19,162 nt of DNA from positions 1 through 19,162 of IMG/VR virus record IMGVR_UViG_2734482785_000012; one strand, written 5' to 3'. Numbering within the stretch: position 1 is the first letter of the stretch; the number at the start of each line of letters is the position of its first letter. The position numbers and the translations under genes were made by a program. Source of the DNA: a virus. Taxonomy: Duplodnaviria; Heunggongvirae; Uroviricota; Caudoviricetes. Of the stretch, positions 7,526 to 15,552 are shown one piece after another. The notes beneath the pieces are model-generated. The model did not search any database. It worked only from the letters and a program-made list of their open reading frames with translations, and was not told the DNA's origin.

Positions 7526-8218
7526 ATGACATTTTCAGAACGACTTGATTTAGCTATGCGCAACGCAAAATTTACGCAAGGCAGGCTAGCCAAAGAAGTA
7601 GGTATGGCCCAGTCAAGCGTCAATCAATTACTTAACAAAGCCAACGGCTCTAGGAAAACAGTTGAAATAGCAAAAGTTTTGGGCGTTAACCCGGAATGGC
7701 TCGCATCTGGTGTCGGCCCAATGGAAATCGAGACCTCTGCAGACTCACACCAAATACGTAACATTTCAGAAGACAGAGTTACTGATTCGTATGTCGTGGA
7801 TGTTTTAGACATCAGATACAGTTGCGGACCTGGTAGTTATAACTCTGATTTTCCAGACATTGTCAGATCTATAGCGATAGAACCAGGATACGCATCAAGA
7901 GTTTTTGGCGGCAGACCAGCATCAGCAATCAAAGCAATAAACGCCCACGGCGACAGCATGAAAGGCACAATAAACCCTGAGGACTTGGTGTTTGTTGACG
8001 TATCAGTTCGCTCATTTAATGGCGATGGTATATACGCTTTTACATACTCTGGAACATCGCACATCAAAAGGCTTCAAAAAATCAAAGATACCCTAACAGT
8101 GATCTCAGACAATCCAGCTTACAAAGATTGGGCTATCGAACAAGATGACTTCGAGCAACTTCACATTGACGGAAAAGTAATCGTAAGTTGGCCTATGACG
8201 CTACACCGTTTCGCATAA
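7526..8218 (+). CDS. cI: CI-like prophage repressor (N-terminal HTH, C-terminal LexA/S24 peptidase-like autocleavage domain)
   Basis: 230-aa ORF with SD gagaggagagg upstream. HTH segment QGRLAKEVGMAQSSVNQLLN. C-terminal Ser/Lys dyad motifs GDSM and KRL. Confidence 0.85.
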   Translation: MTFSERLDLAMRNAKFTQGRLAKEVGMAQSSVNQLLNKANGSRKTVEIAKVLGVNPEWLASGVGPMEIETSADSHQIRNISEDRVTDSYVVDVLDIRYSCGPGSYNSDFPDIVRSIAIEPGYASRVFGGRPASAIKAINAHGDSMKGTINPEDLVFVDVSVRSFNGDGIYAFTYSGTSHIKRLQKIKDTLTVISDNPAYKDWAIEQDDFEQLHIDGKVIVSWPMTLHRFA

Positions 8219-8240
8219 GCGATAATTATTTAACACCCCG

Positions 8241-8265
8241 CCCACTCCACGAGTGGGTTTTTTTT
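8241..8265 (+). terminator. Rho-independent terminator after the CI-like gene (possibly bidirectional)
   Basis: Stem cccactc / gagtggg with loop cac, followed by tttttttt (8258-8265) and flanked by an A-run on the other side (8266-8274). Confidence 0.65.
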
Positions 8266-8286
8266 GAAAAAAAATCGACAAACCGA

Positions 8287-8315
8287 TTGACACCACAAAT
8301 AGGTAAACCTATTAT
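8287..8315 (+). promoter_or_regulatory. Strong sigma70-type promoter with embedded palindromic operator (PL/OL-like)
   Basis: -35 TTGACA (8287-8292), 17-bp spacer, -10 TATTAT (8310-8315). The spacer and -10 contain the palindrome AATAGGT-AA-ACCTATT (8298-8313). Confidence 0.6.
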
Positions 8316-8364
8316 CATGACATAAGTATCGAACTCACCAAAACAATTATAGAGGATGAGGAAA

Positions 8365-8775
8365 ATGTCATCGTATATGGGGTTACCAACAAATCAACAC
8401 GATGTTCTTGAGAATATTCAACTCTTAGTAGGGGCTGGAGCACTACTGTATAGCAGCAATAACCCAGAGTTAGTTGAACTTGCCAGCTCCATCCTAGCTG
8501 TAACTCAAAAATATAGCCTCGCTGCGTCGCGTTCATGTAAACAAAATTTAGCTATTAATTCACGGAATCGGATTCGTATCCAACGCGAAGCCTGCGGCTT
8601 AACAACCGCCGAACTCGCCAGGCTGCTCGATCTCGATGAAGAAATCATCATCCAGTGGGAGAGCGGAGAGTATGAACCAACTATCAGTATGCTTATCCCG
8701 CTGGCAAATGTTCTTGGTTGCGACCCGATGTGGCTGTTAACCGGTAAACCAACAGCTGAGGATACTTGCGCATGA
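8365..8775 (+). CDS. Helix-turn-helix (XRE/Cro-C1-type) DNA-binding protein, first gene of the early-left transcript
   Basis: C-terminal HTH region GLTTAELARLLDLDEEIIIQWESGEYEPTISMLIPLANVLGCDPMWLLTG. ATG at 8365; the track started at 8356. Stop overlaps the next start (ATGA). Confidence 0.55.
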   Translation: MSSYMGLPTNQHDVLENIQLLVGAGALLYSSNNPELVELASSILAVTQKYSLAASRSCKQNLAINSRNRIRIQREACGLTTAELARLLDLDEEIIIQWESGEYEPTISMLIPLANVLGCDPMWLLTGKPTAEDTCA

Positions 8776-9137
8776 AAAAGTTCGAAAACATAACTGTTCT
8801 CCATGTTGATGAATTTGATTATACAAACCAGGAATTTCTCCCGGAGGTTATAAAAGCAATAGAAGTTGCCGATATAGTGTTTAGAGGAAAGAGAATTGTC
8901 AAAAACAGGCTCGCATGCACTTCAGGAGCAATGACAGAAACAACCTCACAACAAGATGATTATGAAGGCATTTGTCTGGAGCCTGATTCATTTGCGGTAA
9001 ATGTTTATCATTTATTGCATGCAACACAGGTATTACATATGTCCAGTAATCACGAGACAAAAACACTTGGCAGCGAAATTCTGAATTTTGCATGTGAATA
9101 TGCAAAAGCTGCTGCCGAAAAAGAATTAGCACAATAA
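8772..9137 (+). CDS. Hypothetical protein (121 aa), translationally coupled to the HTH gene
   Basis: ATG at 8772 overlaps the upstream TGA. GAGGA lies 9 nt upstream. No motif recognised. Confidence 0.5.
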   Translation: MKKFENITVLHVDEFDYTNQEFLPEVIKAIEVADIVFRGKRIVKNRLACTSGAMTETTSQQDDYEGICLEPDSFAVNVYHLLHATQVLHMSSNHETKTLGSEILNFACEYAKAAAEKELAQ

Positions 9138-9217
9138 CAACAAACATGCCCTGAACGTTTATTACGGTTTTATCGCCGGGGATTGTTACAACCTTTATTC
9201 ATAGAGGGAACTCAGTT

Positions 9218-9331
9218 ATGACTTTCCTGAAAAATAAGGCATCGTATAAAACTGCCTGCCTCATTGCACAACATGGAGATTCTTATCTTCATATAGCCAA
9301 CCTGTATTTGCGCAAAGCATATGGGAGATAA
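9218..9331 (+). CDS. Small ORF (37 aa)
   Basis: ATG at 9218 preceded by agaggg. Stop lies 4 nt before the next start. Too short to judge on composition. Confidence 0.3.
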   Translation: MTFLKNKASYKTACLIAQHGDSYLHIANLYLRKAYGR

Positions 9332-9335
9332 ATAA

Positions 9336-9524
9336 ATGGAAGAAAAACAACAGAACATAACACATGAAAAAGTAAGAGTGTTGCTAACCATTGAAAATGG
9401 GAAAGTAATTTACTCAAAACATCTGTTGGATAATGAATTCGTTGGTTGCATGGATACATTTCTGTGGATGGCAAAAAGAGCTGGCTACACGATTATTCCA
9501 CCAGCAAAGGAGCAAACATTATGA
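9336..9524 (+). CDS. Hypothetical small protein (62 aa)
   Basis: ATG preceded by GGGAGA. Stop overlaps the next start (ATGA at 9521-9524). Confidence 0.45.
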   Translation: MEEKQQNITHEKVRVLLTIENGKVIYSKHLLDNEFVGCMDTFLWMAKRAGYTIIPPAKEQTL

Positions 9525-10102
9525 ATCATTCAGAGTTCCGACCAGTGGTTACGCCACATGGCATAAAAATTGGCAATACAACCATTGATTATGTTGAGGC
9601 CGTACAGCGGCTTAATAATGGTGAATACGATTATCCAAATTCTCACGGTTTAAGAATTATGCAATGTATTGCTGAAGCCGATGATGCCGGATTACTGGGA
9701 CGATTTTCAGTCGATATGAAGGTTGCTCAATGGCGATGGCTGTATGTGACAACATTTATAAATGAAGAGGAAGACAAGAACGGCACTGTTGATATCCCTA
9801 ACGATAATGGAACTACAGCTCGCGCAGTTATTTATAAAGGGAAATATGGTTGTATGGGTATCTACCCAGGATCAATTCGAATTGCCCTGCAAAACCATGT
9901 CGAACGGGGATTTATTGAAAAATATGGCGAAGCTGAAGGCATGGGGCGAGTTCTGTTTCTCTATCAAAAAATGCTCATCGTAGATCCAGGCAATGGCTTC
10001 ATTACCTCTACTATGGGACGCGAAGGACTTGAACTCCTTCTGGATGAAATGATTCACGATCTGAATACTCATGGTATGCCAGAAGCGCCAGTGACACATT
10101 AA
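9521..10102 (+). CDS. Hypothetical protein (193 aa), AT-rich accessory gene
   Basis: ATG at 9521 preceded by AAGGAG (8-nt spacing). The track's longer model starts at 9446. No motif recognised. Confidence 0.55.
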   Translation: MNHSEFRPVVTPHGIKIGNTTIDYVEAVQRLNNGEYDYPNSHGLRIMQCIAEADDAGLLGRFSVDMKVAQWRWLYVTTFINEEEDKNGTVDIPNDNGTTARAVIYKGKYGCMGIYPGSIRIALQNHVERGFIEKYGEAEGMGRVLFLYQKMLIVDPGNGFITSTMGREGLELLLDEMIHDLNTHGMPEAPVTH

Positions 10103-10109
10103 ATATTAA

Positions 10110-10134
10110 GAAGAATATAATTCTTCCGTTTTTT
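10110..10134 (+). terminator. Rho-independent terminator
   Basis: Stem gaagaat / attcttc with loop ata, followed by cgtttttt. Confidence 0.6.
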
Positions 10135-10147
10135 ACTAACCGTTTAT

Positions 10148-10255
10148 ATGAAAAGCAACCGTGAATTAAGCAGAGTAAAACTGCTTTTAATCCTTGCCAC
10201 AGTACTGACACTAACAGAAATCATTATTCTCTTTATTGCGCTGTCAGTCAGTTAA
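10148..10255 (+). CDS. Small hydrophobic peptide (35 aa, single predicted transmembrane helix)
   Basis: Translation MKSNRELSRVKLLLILATVLTLTEIIILFIALSVS. No clear SD, and shorter than the ORF-track cutoff. Confidence 0.3.
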   Translation: MKSNRELSRVKLLLILATVLTLTEIIILFIALSVS

Positions 10256-10278
10256 AAATATCGGGATGCAACAAACCA

Positions 10279-10467
10279 ATGAGATTGTATTTCAGAATAG
10301 TAATTTTACTGGCAATTATCGCATGCATTTACGGACTACTCGTCCCGTTCCTTATATCCATGAAGGATACGGTAGCAGTCATTTCCGGTTTTGCACTGGC
10401 GTTTCTGACCCCGCCCTGCATTTATGCCATTTACAAGGGTCTTTCTTTCACTAAGGATAAAAGATGA
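10279..10467 (+). CDS. Small membrane protein (62 aa, two predicted transmembrane helices)
   Basis: Hydrophobic segments IVILLAIIACIYGLLVPFLI and VAVISGFALAFL. Stop overlaps the start of the SPFH gene (ATGA). Confidence 0.4.
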   Translation: MRLYFRIVILLAIIACIYGLLVPFLISMKDTVAVISGFALAFLTPPCIYAIYKGLSFTKDKR

Positions 10468-11291
10468 AAAAAGTTATTTTTGCTTTAGCCATTGTTCTTC
10501 CGACCATTGGCCTTGTCGGTTGCGATCGCGTTGAACCAGGTAATGTTGGCATTAAGGTAAATAAACTGGGCGACGACAAAGGCGTCGGTGAAGTGGTTGG
10601 CGTTGGCCGCTACTGGACCGGCTGGAATACTGAAGTTTACATCTTCCCGACCTTCAAACAAATGAAGACCTACGATGAACCGTTCAGTTTCCAGATGAGT
10701 GACGGTACAACCATCGGCTATCACATCGGCGTGGCCTACAAGGTTGATCCATCCAAAGTTACCACGGTGTTTCAGACTTACCGCAAAGGCGTGGATGACA
10801 TAACCGATACCGACCTGCGTCAGAAGATCGCCGACGCACTCAACCGACTGGCCAGCAAAATGACCACCGACAAATTTATCGACGGCGGGAAGTCTGAACT
10901 ACTGGATGCAGCTCTTAAAGACATTCAGGAGGAAATGACCCCCATCGGTATTCAGGTAATGAGCCTCTCATATGTGGGTAAGCCGGAGTACCCGTCAACC
11001 GTTATCGACAGCATTAATGCCAAAGTCACGGCGAACCAGAAAACCCTGCAACGCGAACAGGAAGTAAAACAGCGCGAAGCGGAAGCCAACATGTTGCGCG
11101 CGGAAGCTGCCGGACAGGCAGATGCAATTCGCACAAAAGCCCAGGCCGAAGCCGATGCTATTCGTTTACGCGGTGAAGCTCTGCGCCAGAACCCCGGAGT
11201 TATGGAACTGGAAGCCATCAATAAATGGAACGGCATACTGCCGCAATACATGACCAGCGGTGCTAATACACCATTTATCCAGGTTAAATAA
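10464..11291 (+). CDS. SPFH/band-7 (prohibitin/stomatin-like) domain lipoprotein
   Basis: Signal peptide with lipobox LVGC (MKKVIFALAIVLPTIGLVGC). Central SPFH-like domain and a C-terminal Ala/Glu/Gln-rich coiled coil (QREQEVKQREAEANMLRAEAAGQADAIRTKAQAEADAIRLRGEA). SD AAGGA upstream. Confidence 0.75.
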   Translation: MKKVIFALAIVLPTIGLVGCDRVEPGNVGIKVNKLGDDKGVGEVVGVGRYWTGWNTEVYIFPTFKQMKTYDEPFSFQMSDGTTIGYHIGVAYKVDPSKVTTVFQTYRKGVDDITDTDLRQKIADALNRLASKMTTDKFIDGGKSELLDAALKDIQEEMTPIGIQVMSLSYVGKPEYPSTVIDSINAKVTANQKTLQREQEVKQREAEANMLRAEAAGQADAIRTKAQAEADAIRLRGEALRQNPGVMELEAINKWNGILPQYMTSGANTPFIQVK

Positions 11292-11331
11292 CTTATACGC
11301 CCGGCAGGGCGCCGGGCTAAGGAAAGAACAG

Positions 11332-11703
11332 ATGAACACCCAGAATACTCAACAGCAAATAATGAACTATGACCCAAATCTGACGTCGTGCGGACGCATG
11401 GCAAAACAAACCGTTCGATTAACTTTCGGACTATGGGAATACCGCGAAACATTCGAAGTTACTGTCGGTGGCAATCTGACCGGACTGGATGTTATCAGTT
11501 GCGCTATTGAAAGCCTGTACGCAACGCTGCCTTATGAAGAAGTCGAGGATGAGCGCACAGGGGAAACAGATATCATGGCCACCATTAATATTGGCGAACT
11601 GATATGTCAGGATGAAGACCTGTCTGGAGAACTCTGGCTTGCCGGGATGCTTATCTCAGCAGAAATTATCAGTATTGAACCCGCTACAAACATACGGCTC
11701 TGA
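11332..11703 (+). CDS. Hypothetical protein (123 aa)
   Basis: ATG at 11332 preceded by aaggaaag. The track's longer model starts at 11260. Preceded by the GC stem-loop gcccggc-agggc-gccgggc (11299-11317). Confidence 0.5.
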   Translation: MNTQNTQQQIMNYDPNLTSCGRMAKQTVRLTFGLWEYRETFEVTVGGNLTGLDVISCAIESLYATLPYEEVEDERTGETDIMATINIGELICQDEDLSGELWLAGMLISAEIISIEPATNIRL

Positions 11704-11734
11704 AGTTCTCATTATTCAGAGAGCAGGAGAAAAA

Positions 11735-11977
11735 ATGTTCGCTTTGATTAATCAAGGACAACTGTATACCGACAGTGCAGGTTACCCGGTAAAAATTATT
11801 CGCTGCATAAATAACACTGTGTTGTACAGAAGAATGGATGGGCGAACACAGTCGGTAAAACTAAACGATTTTAATGAATTGTTTGAACGGCTCGATCACC
11901 AGGAATACCGACAAATTCTGGCAGAAACAGAACAGGAAACTCATCTGAAGAAATTACGAGCCATGCAAAGGAAGTAA
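11735..11977 (+). CDS. Hypothetical protein (80 aa)
   Basis: ATG at 11735 preceded by gcaggag. The track's longer model starts at 11612. Confidence 0.5.
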   Translation: MFALINQGQLYTDSAGYPVKIIRCINNTVLYRRMDGRTQSVKLNDFNELFERLDHQEYRQILAETEQETHLKKLRAMQRK

Positions 11978-11980
11978 AGA

Positions 11981-12127
11981 ATGAATAAAGCGTTTGAGCT
12001 ATGGGTACGCCAGCGTTACGGCAATCGCTATGACCTGACGCGAGATGTTGACGGTTTCTACTGCCGTGAAATTGTGAAACGAATGTTTGAAGTGTGGTGC
12101 CACTGCCGTGGACTGAATGTTGTGTGA
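11981..12127 (+). CDS. Small ORF (48 aa, Cys/Trp-containing)
   Basis: ATG at 11981 preceded by aggaag, 3 nt after the previous stop. Translation MNKAFELWVRQRYGNRYDLTRDVDGFYCREIVKRMFEVWCHCRGLNVV. Confidence 0.35.
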   Translation: MNKAFELWVRQRYGNRYDLTRDVDGFYCREIVKRMFEVWCHCRGLNVV

Positions 12128-12135
12128 GGTGAACT

Positions 12136-12345
12136 GTGGGGCTGGATTGCGTACCTATATCAACCTACTGCCGCAACGCGGGAGAAACGGTTGATGCCGT
12201 TAACAAACGGATACAAAGAGGAATATGGAAAGAAGGGGTACATGTATTAAAAGTCGACGGGGTTAAAGAACGTTGGGTCGACTTAATGGAGATTACAAAA
12301 TGGGCAAGAAAGAACAAGGATCATTATCTCTCCCCAGAGGAGTAA
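12136..12345 (+). CDS. xis: Excisionase-like DNA-binding protein (Xis position)
   Basis: 69-aa ORF with GTG start preceded by GAGGTG. Winged-helix-like pattern (ETVDAVNKRIQRGIW...VKERWVDLMEITKW). 3' end overlaps the integrase start by 46 nt, as in xis-int pairs. Confidence 0.55.
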   Translation: MGLDCVPISTYCRNAGETVDAVNKRIQRGIWKEGVHVLKVDGVKERWVDLMEITKWARKNKDHYLSPEE

Positions 12346-13472
12346 CTATTCGGCAACATAAAACTGGTAGCACTCTGGTTATCACTTTTACATATAAAGG
12401 GGTTCTGTGTCGGGAGCCCCTCTCCAGAATGGAAGTAAACGCGCGCGGTGTGAAGTACGCCGAGCGTCTGCTGGGAGAAATAAAAAATCAGATTATCGAT
12501 GGTACCTTCGAATATGCAAAATACTTCCCCAACTCCCAAAAGCTGAAGTTGTTCGGGGGAGTGAAAAAAAACAAAAATATAAAATCTTACCTGGATGAAT
12601 ACCTGATTATCTGCCAGAACCGTAACCTGTCACCATCGACAATTAGAGGTTATGAAAAATGCCTGTCGGCGCTGTCAGCATTGCATAAATTTCATGTATC
12701 AGAACTGACACCTGCAGTACTAAAAAACTGGATCGCCAGCAGAAAAACAAAACTGAAAACGATCCGCAATAATCTTTCGTTTCTGCGCAGCGCCATAGAT
12801 GAGGCGGTGACCGATGGTTTGTTAACAATAAATCCTGTCACGCTAGTCAGCGCCAGCCGATATCACGTATTAGACAACACACCAGGCAGTGATGATTACG
12901 AGGTCGATCCTTTTACGCCAGCGGAGACAGCAGCAATCTATGACGCCTGTCATTACCCGGAATGGCGAAATCTATTTCGCTTCGCCTTTAATACCGGGCT
13001 GCGCAGCTCGGAATTGTGCGCATTGCGCTGGACAGATATAGACTTCATCGGCAACACAGCGCATGTCCAGACTGCAAGTGTAGTCGGGGTAATCAAAAGC
13101 ACCAAAACAAAAGCCGGCACTCGCAAAGTACAACTGAACAGCGAAGCGCTGGCAGCTCTTCAGGCACAAAAGCCCTACACGGCGCTAAAAAGCGACTTTA
13201 TATTCAGCGATCCAAAAACTCGCGCCCCTTGGGCAAACGCGGACGCGATCCGAAAAAAAGCCTGGGTGCCGACCCTTAAAAAGGCTGGTGTACGCTATCG
13301 CAATCCGTACCAGACACGCCATACGTTCGCCACTCGGCACATTAGCCAGGGCGTTAACCTGTTCTGGCTTGCTGGTCAGATGGGGCATAAAGGACCGGAA
13401 ATGCTGTTCAGACATTACGGCTCTTACCTTGCAGAATACGATGGAAAAACGGCGATTTCTGCAGCCCCGTAA
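12300..13472 (+). CDS. int: Prophage tyrosine integrase (site-specific recombinase)
   Basis: Catalytic-domain motifs (TGLRSSELCALRW; HTFATRHISQGVNLFWLAGQMGHKGPEMLFRHYGSY with the R..H-x-x-R..Y signature). ATG at 12300; the track used an upstream TTG at 12273. Lies next to the attachment core. Confidence 0.85.
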   Translation: MGKKEQGSLSLPRGVTIRQHKTGSTLVITFTYKGVLCREPLSRMEVNARGVKYAERLLGEIKNQIIDGTFEYAKYFPNSQKLKLFGGVKKNKNIKSYLDEYLIICQNRNLSPSTIRGYEKCLSALSALHKFHVSELTPAVLKNWIASRKTKLKTIRNNLSFLRSAIDEAVTDGLLTINPVTLVSASRYHVLDNTPGSDDYEVDPFTPAETAAIYDACHYPEWRNLFRFAFNTGLRSSELCALRWTDIDFIGNTAHVQTASVVGVIKSTKTKAGTRKVQLNSEALAALQAQKPYTALKSDFIFSDPKTRAPWANADAIRKKAWVPTLKKAGVRYRNPYQTRHTFATRHISQGVNLFWLAGQMGHKGPEMLFRHYGSYLAEYDGKTAISAAP

Positions 13473-13604
13473 CGGCAAAATATTTCAAAATGTTGTACAG
13501 AATCAGGACGTTACAGGGACAGCAATATGTACGTAAAATGCACATAATTCCTTGTTTGAAAAAATAAATCGTTCATATTCAATAAATTGGATTAATCACG
13601 ATCA

Positions 13605-13631
13605 CGGGTTCAACTCCCGCCAGCTCCACCA
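13605..13631 (+). other. ssrA: Attachment-site core: 27 nt matching the 3' end of tmRNA (ssrA); a fragment, not a complete gene
   Basis: cgggttcaactcccgccagctccacca matches the 3' terminus of the E. coli tmRNA as I recall it. Sequence upstream of 13605 diverges from ssrA. Lies between the prophage int and the P4-type integrase. Confidence 0.65.
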
Positions 13632-13796
13632 CTTTTTAGTTGTTTGAAGTTCAATGAAGTCTACTAAGCCCACACAGCACAAGCTCTGCGGGCTTTTTTA
13701 CGTCTATTGTCGTCCAGTGAGAATTGCTGAGAACTACGAGTTATGGCACCCTGAATGGGACCCACTAAGAAGGGTCCAAAAACCGAGGGTCCCAAA

Positions 13797-15026
13797 ATGG
13801 CAAAAATCGCTAAGAAGCTCACTGACACTGAAATCAAAAGCACCAAGCCAGCCGATAAAGAAATCAACTTGTTTGACGGTGATGGTCTGATTCTACGAAT
13901 CGCTCCTTTGGCGAAAGGAGGCAAGAAAAATTGGTATTTCAGGTATGCAGTACCAGTGAGCAAGAAAAGAACCAAAATGAGCCTTGGGACATATCCTCAC
14001 CTTACCCTTGCAAGAGCCAGAGCCTTACGTGATGAATATCTCTCCTTTCTGGCAAATGGTGTTGATCCCCAAATCCATAACAACGATAAGGCGAAGGCAT
14101 TAAAGAGTGCTACTGAGCACACTCTCCAAGCCGTAGCGCGGAAATGGTTAGATGAGAAGGTAAAGACATCAGGTATCTCACAAGACCATGCAGCAGACAT
14201 CTGGCGCAGCTTAGAGAGAAATGTCTTTCCCGGTCTGGGTAATGTCCCTATCAATGAGATCCGACCTAAGCTCTTAAAACAACACCTTGATCCTATTGAG
14301 CAACGAGGCGTATTGGAAACTCTACGCCGTATCATTTCACGTCTGAATGAAATCTTCCGGTGGGCAGCTACTGAAGAACTTATTGAGTTCAACCCGGCTG
14401 ACAACCTTGGTCAAAGATTCAGTAAACCAAAAAAGCAAAATATGCCTGCCCTTCCCCCAAGCGAATTGCCAAGGTTTATGGAATCTTTGACGAATGCGTC
14501 AATCCGGTTGGAAACACGTATGCTAATTGAATGGCAATTGTTGACATGGGTTCGTCCGGGTGAAGCCGTTCGCGCAAGGTGGTCTGATATTGATACAACC
14601 AACAGCATTTGGAACATTCCTGCTGATTTCATGAAAATGAAAAAGCTTCACAAAGTTCCTTTGAGTAAAGAAGCTTTGCGCATCCTTGAATTAATGAAAT
14701 CAATAAGTGGGCATAGAGAATGGGTTTTCCCCAGCATAAAAGCGCCTCTTAATCATATGCATGAACAAACAGCCAACGCAGCTATCATCCGAATGGGGTT
14801 CGGAGGCGAGCTTGTAGCTCACGGTATGCGTTCTATTGCACGAACAGCGGCAGAGGAGTCTGGTAAATTCAGAGCTGAAGTTCTTGAGGCAGCGCTTGCC
14901 CACTCGAAAAAAGATGAAATTATCGCAGCATACAATCGTGCAGAATATCTGATAGAGCGACAGAGTTTGATGCAATGGTGGAGTGATTACGTTCAAGCTC
15001 AAAGATCAAATGCTCTGGTAGCCTAA
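13797..15026 (+). CDS. P4-type (IntA/CP4-57-like) tyrosine integrase
   Basis: N-terminus MAKIAKKLTDTEIKSTKPADKEINLFDGDGLILRIAP is typical of P4-family integrases. Catalytic region has R (VRPGEAVRARW), HGMRS and Y (AAYNRAEY). ATG at 13797; the track's longer model starts at 13755. Lies directly downstream of the tmRNA 3'-end core. Confidence 0.85.
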   Translation: MAKIAKKLTDTEIKSTKPADKEINLFDGDGLILRIAPLAKGGKKNWYFRYAVPVSKKRTKMSLGTYPHLTLARARALRDEYLSFLANGVDPQIHNNDKAKALKSATEHTLQAVARKWLDEKVKTSGISQDHAADIWRSLERNVFPGLGNVPINEIRPKLLKQHLDPIEQRGVLETLRRIISRLNEIFRWAATEELIEFNPADNLGQRFSKPKKQNMPALPPSELPRFMESLTNASIRLETRMLIEWQLLTWVRPGEAVRARWSDIDTTNSIWNIPADFMKMKKLHKVPLSKEALRILELMKSISGHREWVFPSIKAPLNHMHEQTANAAIIRMGFGGELVAHGMRSIARTAAEESGKFRAEVLEAALAHSKKDEIIAAYNRAEYLIERQSLMQWWSDYVQAQRSNALVA

Positions 15027-15064
15027 GTATCAGAATAGCTAATATAATCCTGAAGGTAAAGAAA

Positions 15065-15481
15065 ATGGAAACCCTATTCAAAGTTTTTGAAAAATTTAGT
15101 TCCAGACCACTTTTTTTTATTTTTTTCGGACTCTCACTTTGTGAATTTTTTCAGAAACAATCTGTTCTGATGAATCCATCAGCAGATAACATCGCGAAAT
15201 TATTCGCAGCCATGATATTAGTTGTTTTTTTTACTTGGGGATTTGAATGGCTAATCTTCAAGTTCAATGTAAACCTTGAACCTCATGATCAAGGCGATAT
15301 TGGACCAACAATTGGAACGGCTACTTTAGCTGTATACTTAGTTTATGCCTTTCACTTTCTCAGTGAAAATCCTGAAGCATTAAATTTAAAGTTATTAACT
15401 AACTCTGGCTTTATATACAGCACAACTCTATTATTATTCTCATTAGAATGCATGAAGCTTAGAAGACTTAAACAAAAATAA
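15065..15481 (+). CDS. Hypothetical integral membrane protein (138 aa, 3-4 predicted transmembrane helices)
   Basis: AT-rich. Hydrophobic segments PLFFIFFGLSL, LFAAMILVVFFTWGFEWLIF, TIGTATLAVYLVYAFHFL, FIYSTTLLLFSL. Convergent with the receiver-domain gene. Confidence 0.5.
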   Translation: METLFKVFEKFSSRPLFFIFFGLSLCEFFQKQSVLMNPSADNIAKLFAAMILVVFFTWGFEWLIFKFNVNLEPHDQGDIGPTIGTATLAVYLVYAFHFLSENPEALNLKLLTNSGFIYSTTLLLFSLECMKLRRLKQK

Positions 15482-15552
15482 ACAACATCATTGTGATGAT
15501 AAATATAAAATAGGCATGGCGAAAAAAAATCACCACGCCTAAAATATAATAA

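Noticed and set aside
5546-10141. Recurring motif TTTACTAAC (5550-5558, 5605-5613, 10131-10139) as a shared regulatory site
   Set aside because: Two copies belong to the local direct repeat already noted. The third follows a terminator T-run in an unrelated context on a different strand relative to nearby genes. Three AT-rich 9-mers in 19 kb is within chance expectation.
13560-13631. A tRNA or tmRNA gene ending in CCA
   Set aside because: Only the last 27 nt match the tmRNA 3' end. Upstream sequence is AT-rich and cannot form the acceptor or 5' half, so this is an attachment-site core fragment, not a functional RNA gene.
13654-15002. ORFs overlapping the att region and P4-type integrase (13654..13890 +, 13664..13975 -, 13997..14404 -, 14411..14632 -, 14700..15002 -)
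   Set aside because: They overlap the integrase frame or the att core, have no SD, and show Arg/Ser-rich antisense-like composition.
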